DNA of 63,805 nt, the filler included, from Vannella sp. (taxonomy: Eukaryota): NCBI GenBank assembly GCA_023345925.1. It is 6 parts of 6 records of this genome, joined end to end, with 100 filler letters (N's around TTAATTAATTAA, not from the genome) between each part and the next. Parts side by side here need not be neighbours in the genome. Positions count along the whole stretch, not along the records: positions 56,597 to 63,805 come from JAJQQN010001360.1; 5 more parts are not named here. One strand, 5' to 3'. Below are positions 60,059 to 63,805 of this stretch, piece by piece. The notes beneath the pieces were generated by a model. The model had not been told where the DNA came from and did not search any database. It saw only the letters and a program-made list of their open reading frames with translations. Position 1 is the first letter of the stretch, and each line of letters opens with the position of its first letter. The position numbers and the translations under genes were made by a program.

Positions 60059-61055
60059 ATGGCCCTCAAAGATAAGACCAACGTGCCACTTTCTCGATTG
60101 TTTGAGGAGGCTGCAAAGGAGAAGCGAGCAGTGAGTACTGGACCCTTACCACTTGTTCATTGACGAAGTATATTGACGATATCTGAGCTTCAAACGAGAG
60201 CTCGTGAGGAGAGTGACCAGGTAAGTCCATTGATGCCTATCTCAACGAGTGACTGAGACTCTTATAGCATAGGCAGGAAGTCCGCTTGGTGAGTTCCCAA
60301 GCCAAGGACGAGGTTAGTTAAAAGTAAGTGATCAAACTTGAGTCTTAATGTTGTCCAAAGCGCCGAAGGCTCAAGAGGCAGGAAAAGGATGAGGTTAGTT
60401 AAAAGTAAGTGATCAAACTTGAGTCTTAATGTAGTCCAAAGCGCCGAAGGCTCAAGAGGCAGGAAAAGGATGTGGTGAGTTACTACTTCTTCTGAAGCTC
60501 GTTATTGATCTCTTTCACGCTGGATCTCTGAGGAAAACCTGAGAAACGTAAGCGCATATGCATATTCCTGTCATCGTGGAGAACTTATCCTGTTCCCGGA
60601 AATCATTCTTTGCTCCACAGATTACGAAGAAAGTCGAAGAACTCATGGCGAAGGAGTTGGATGATTCATCTGCAAACTTTCTGGAAAGACTGGCCAAAGT
60701 TGAAGGGAGAGTCGAAACCCAGGCTGAGCAGCTCAGAACCCAGGCAGCCAAGATTGAGCATCTGGAGGCCTCCACATTGAACTTGTTTAGTGTGGTTCTG
60801 TCGAAGGCTCATCGGAACAACGCGCGAAACCAAGGTACTCCTGGCGTTGCCTTGCCCGGCTGGAAAGGGCGATTCCTCAAGCCTCAGTCCCGTTCCGAAT
60901 CATTGAAGAGGCACATCGCTCAAGACACGCCAGCCCGATTCAAGGAGTACCTCGCCCTCCCAACCTCCGCACCTGAGAGAGACTGCCTCCTCGCGTTCTA
61001 TGAAGTCAATCAGGATGCCCCTCTGGATCACTTGTTTGGCCTCCTTGGTATCTAA
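60059..61055 (+). CDS. Hypothetical coiled-coil protein with micro-exons
   Basis: MALKDKTNVPLSRLFEEAAKEKRA, several GT-AG-bounded short exons, and a last exon from 60621 with heptads. Confidence 0.5.
60310..60471 (+). repeat. 81-bp tandem duplication (48-nt intron + 33-nt exon)
   Basis: Two copies differing at one intronic base (AATGTTGTCC vs AATGTAGTCC). Confidence 0.9.
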
Positions 61056-61161
61056 CAACCCCCCAGGATCGATCCCAGCAATTCACAATAAATCACTCCA
61101 TCGCACACACCCACATTACAAATGTCCACTGACTCCACTAACTCCACCTGCTCATTCCCAA

Positions 61162-61896
61162 ATGCTCAGGTCCGCACAGGTGGCTTGGAGGTTACAACCC
61201 AGGGTTGGCATGGCTGCTGGGAGGTGGTCTTATGGGCAAAGGCAGATCGCCTTCACGCAAGCGAATGAACTGAAGCGGGGCGATCTGGTCAACATGAAAG
61301 GGCGCGTCTTGGAGGTGATTAAGACAGGGTTCTGCAAGACTGGCGCTCGTGGCACTGCATACACACAACTAGAGCTTCGTGACATCGAAACAGGCAAGAA
61401 GCGTGAGGATAGAGTCCGTACAGACGAACCAGTGGAGAGCTACACGACGGAAGCAAAGGAAGCCTCCTTTGTTTCCATGGCCCTCACTGGGAAGATGAAA
61501 GCTGGCAAACCTGAAGGTACAGTATCCTTTACACTAGACGAAGAAGCGGAAGGAGAGGACCAAATCACCTTGCCCGCTGAGAAACTGCCTTGGCCAGCCA
61601 TGTACTACGCTGAAGGTGAGATGCCCACTTGACTGTGGGAGAACCTGGTACTAAAAGGATGCCCCCCAGCACTTGGAGAGATCAAGTTGTCCTTCTATGA
61701 TGAGAACAAGTTCCTCGCAGCGCGTATTCCCGACAAAGTGACCGTGGCCGTGATCAAAACCCACCGTATCGGAGCTGGCATTGACGGGGAAGTCACTGTT
61801 GAGAACGGACGTAAGATTAAAGTACCCCACCACGTAAAGGAAGGCGACACGATCACGATCAAGCTCTCGAATGAGGAATACGTCACTAAGAACTAG
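61162..61896 (+). CDS. Mitochondrial-targeted elongation factor P family protein (one intron)
   Basis: Presequence; ANELKRGDLV..KTGARG.AYTQLELRDIETG; C-terminal ENGRKIKVP..KEGDTI..EYV. Confidence 0.85.
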
Positions 61897-61994
61897 AACG
61901 CCTTCTCTCTTCTATTCAATAGATGCTCCACACATTGACTACATGCCACACCGCCCCACCTTGTGTCTGATCCACCTCTGAAGCGGAAGAGCCG

Positions 61995-62507
61995 TCACGA
62001 GGAAGAGGAGAGTTGGTCCTCCATCAAGGCGTCCTGATTGTCCGGGCATGGATCACGAGGGCCTCTCGCTACACGATTCGTGTTTCCCTGTCGTTGCTTA
62101 CGCCGTCGATTGTGGAGAAAGTACGGAGGACTGGTCTGCCCAGGCGCTTGATGGGTCTCCTTCCAATGAGCAATGCGGTGGGCGACACTATCAAACCGAA
62201 GCGTACACTCTGCAGAAAGGCATTGGTACAATGCTGGCTTCCCCCGCGTCACTGCCAACTGGAAAAACGGAGAATGCGCTTCCTCCAAGTGCAAAGACAA
62301 CAAATGAACGGACTCGAAGCGTCTCTTACACTCCTCACAGAGATGTTGTACCACAGCTACTCTTTGCTCCCTCTTTGGGGGTCCCTGAAGCCTCAGAGAA
62401 GCAGCTGGAGCGACAACAAAGCCTCCATCCTCGTAAGTGTGCCCAAAAGCAGGCAGCCCTTCCCCCTCCATCAACAAGGAATGAGAGTAGGTCCGTGGTA
62501 ATGCCAT
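61995..62507 (-). CDS. C2H2 zinc-finger protein, ZNF511-like
   Basis: CEECKRRF..LLSLHLEEAHSPFF..YQCL..C..F..R..H..H. Confidence 0.75.
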   Translation of the reverse strand: MALPRTYSHSLLMEGEGLPAFGHTYEDGGFVVAPAASLRLQGPPKREQRVAVVQHLCEECKRRFESVHLLSLHLEEAHSPFFQLAVTRGKPALYQCLSAECTLRFDSVAHRIAHWKETHQAPGQTSPPYFLHNRRRKQRQGNTNRVARGPRDPCPDNQDALMEDQLSSSS

Positions 62508-62531
62508 TGAGCCATTTCCTCTTGCTTTGGG

Positions 62532-63780
62532 ATGGAGAGCGTGCGGATTGGGCTTTTGGGGACGGGAAAGATCGCTCAGGTGAGGGGAGCGGGGGGAGGA
62601 CGGTGATTCGTTGTGATAACAAGGAGAAGGACTTTGCAGAGGCACTGAAGGACGTGGAAGAGGCGATTATCGTCGCTGTTGGCTCTCGCTCGAAGGAATC
62701 ATCCTTGCGCTTTGGTCAGGAGAAGCTTCAACTCTCAGCCGAACAGTGCTTTGGTTCCTATGAAGACTTGGCAAAGGTGAGACGTGTCATTCGAGCAACA
62801 CAGCGGCTCTTTCTCACACCCTGCAGTCTGAAGGTATCGATTTGATCTACGTAGCCTCGCCTCACTCCTTCCATCTTGAGCATGTCCTTCTTTGCCTTAA
62901 CAATGGGAAGAACGTACTGTGTGAGAAGGCTCTGGCCCTGAAGTATGCCTCACCTTGACAACTCGCCTCTTTTCTCTCTCTGACCTTGCCCCTAGTGCTT
63001 CTCAGGTGCAGAAGATGATTGATCTTGCAAAAGAGAAGAACCTTTTCTTTATGGAAGCCTTCTGGTCGCGCTACACTCCCCTCTATACCCATTTGGCCCG
63101 GGAGATTCTCCCCAAACTCGGTCCTATTCGCCTGGTAGGTCCCAGTGAAGGCGTCTGCTTCAAGAGAGTAACTCAAGATGAAGGCCAGAACAGTGTTTGG
63201 CTTTACTGACCCAGGTGTGGACCGCCTATCGAACCCTGAGCTTGGGGGAGGCGCTCTCCTAGACATTGGCGTGTACGCCCTGAATATCTGCCTTCTCGCA
63301 TTCAACGACCGCCCCATCAAGCAGATAAGAGCAAGCGGCAACGTGGATACGAACCAAATTGACTCCTCCGTGTCTGCGGAACTCCTTTTCGACAGTGACG
63401 AAGAGGGGAAGCAGGCTTTTGGCCAGTTCTTCATCACTATGGATAGCGACCCGCCATCAGAAGCGTTGATTGTGGGACAGAACGGCTGGGTGAAGATCCA
63501 CGAACCGTTCTGGTGCGCCACCAAGTTGACATTCCTCCTCAAAGGCCAAACTCGTCCCTCTGAAGTGGAGTTCGCCCTTCCCGCTTCATTTGACCAAGCC
63601 CGCTACAACTTCACCAACAGTGTGCTCCTTCAATACGAAGCCCGACACGCTTGCCAACAAATCTTGGCTGGCCAACAGGAAAGTGCCATCTTCCCCCTCT
63701 CCAAGTCCCTTCAAATCATGCGCTATCTTGACGAGATTCGCCTTCAAATTGGAGTTGTTTATCCATGCGAGAAGAAATAA
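62532..63780 (+). CDS. Gfo/Idh/MocA oxidoreductase (DHDH-like); multi-exon
   Basis: IGLLGTGKIA, AVGSRS, YVASPH, VLCEK, FFMEAFWSR and GGGALLDIGVY. Confidence 0.92.
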
Positions 63781-63805
63781 GAATTGGACCTCCTTCGACT
63801 GAGCG

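Overview
This window is not prokaryotic. It is six eukaryotic contigs (1-12920, 13021-21775, 21876-31952, 32053-45851, 45952-56496, 56597-63805) joined by artificial 100-nt N/TTAATTAATTAA spacers. The genome is very compact, with short GT-AG introns (mostly ~45-100 nt) and tiny intergenic gaps. Its gene content suggests a protist, probably an amoebozoan (inference from the ROCO kinase, EF-hand-SH2 protein, cellulose synthase and mitochondrial RecA). About 30 genes can be reconstructed by hand. Most notable: (1) an LRR receptor kinase whose ectodomain is built from 27 consecutive, symmetric 69-nt one-repeat exons with hypervariable binding-face residues, largely missed by the ORF track; (2) a bacterial-type Doc toxin gene with no antitoxin, embedded among eukaryotic genes next to an intronless cellulose synthase; (3) a dispersed, intronless RCC1-repeat family with a shared KSAR tail; (4) unusual domain fusions (UBR-box ROCO kinase, PNGase plus legume lectin); (5) a very recent exon+intron tandem duplication. 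Exon boundaries were read by eye and need RNA-seq confirmation.
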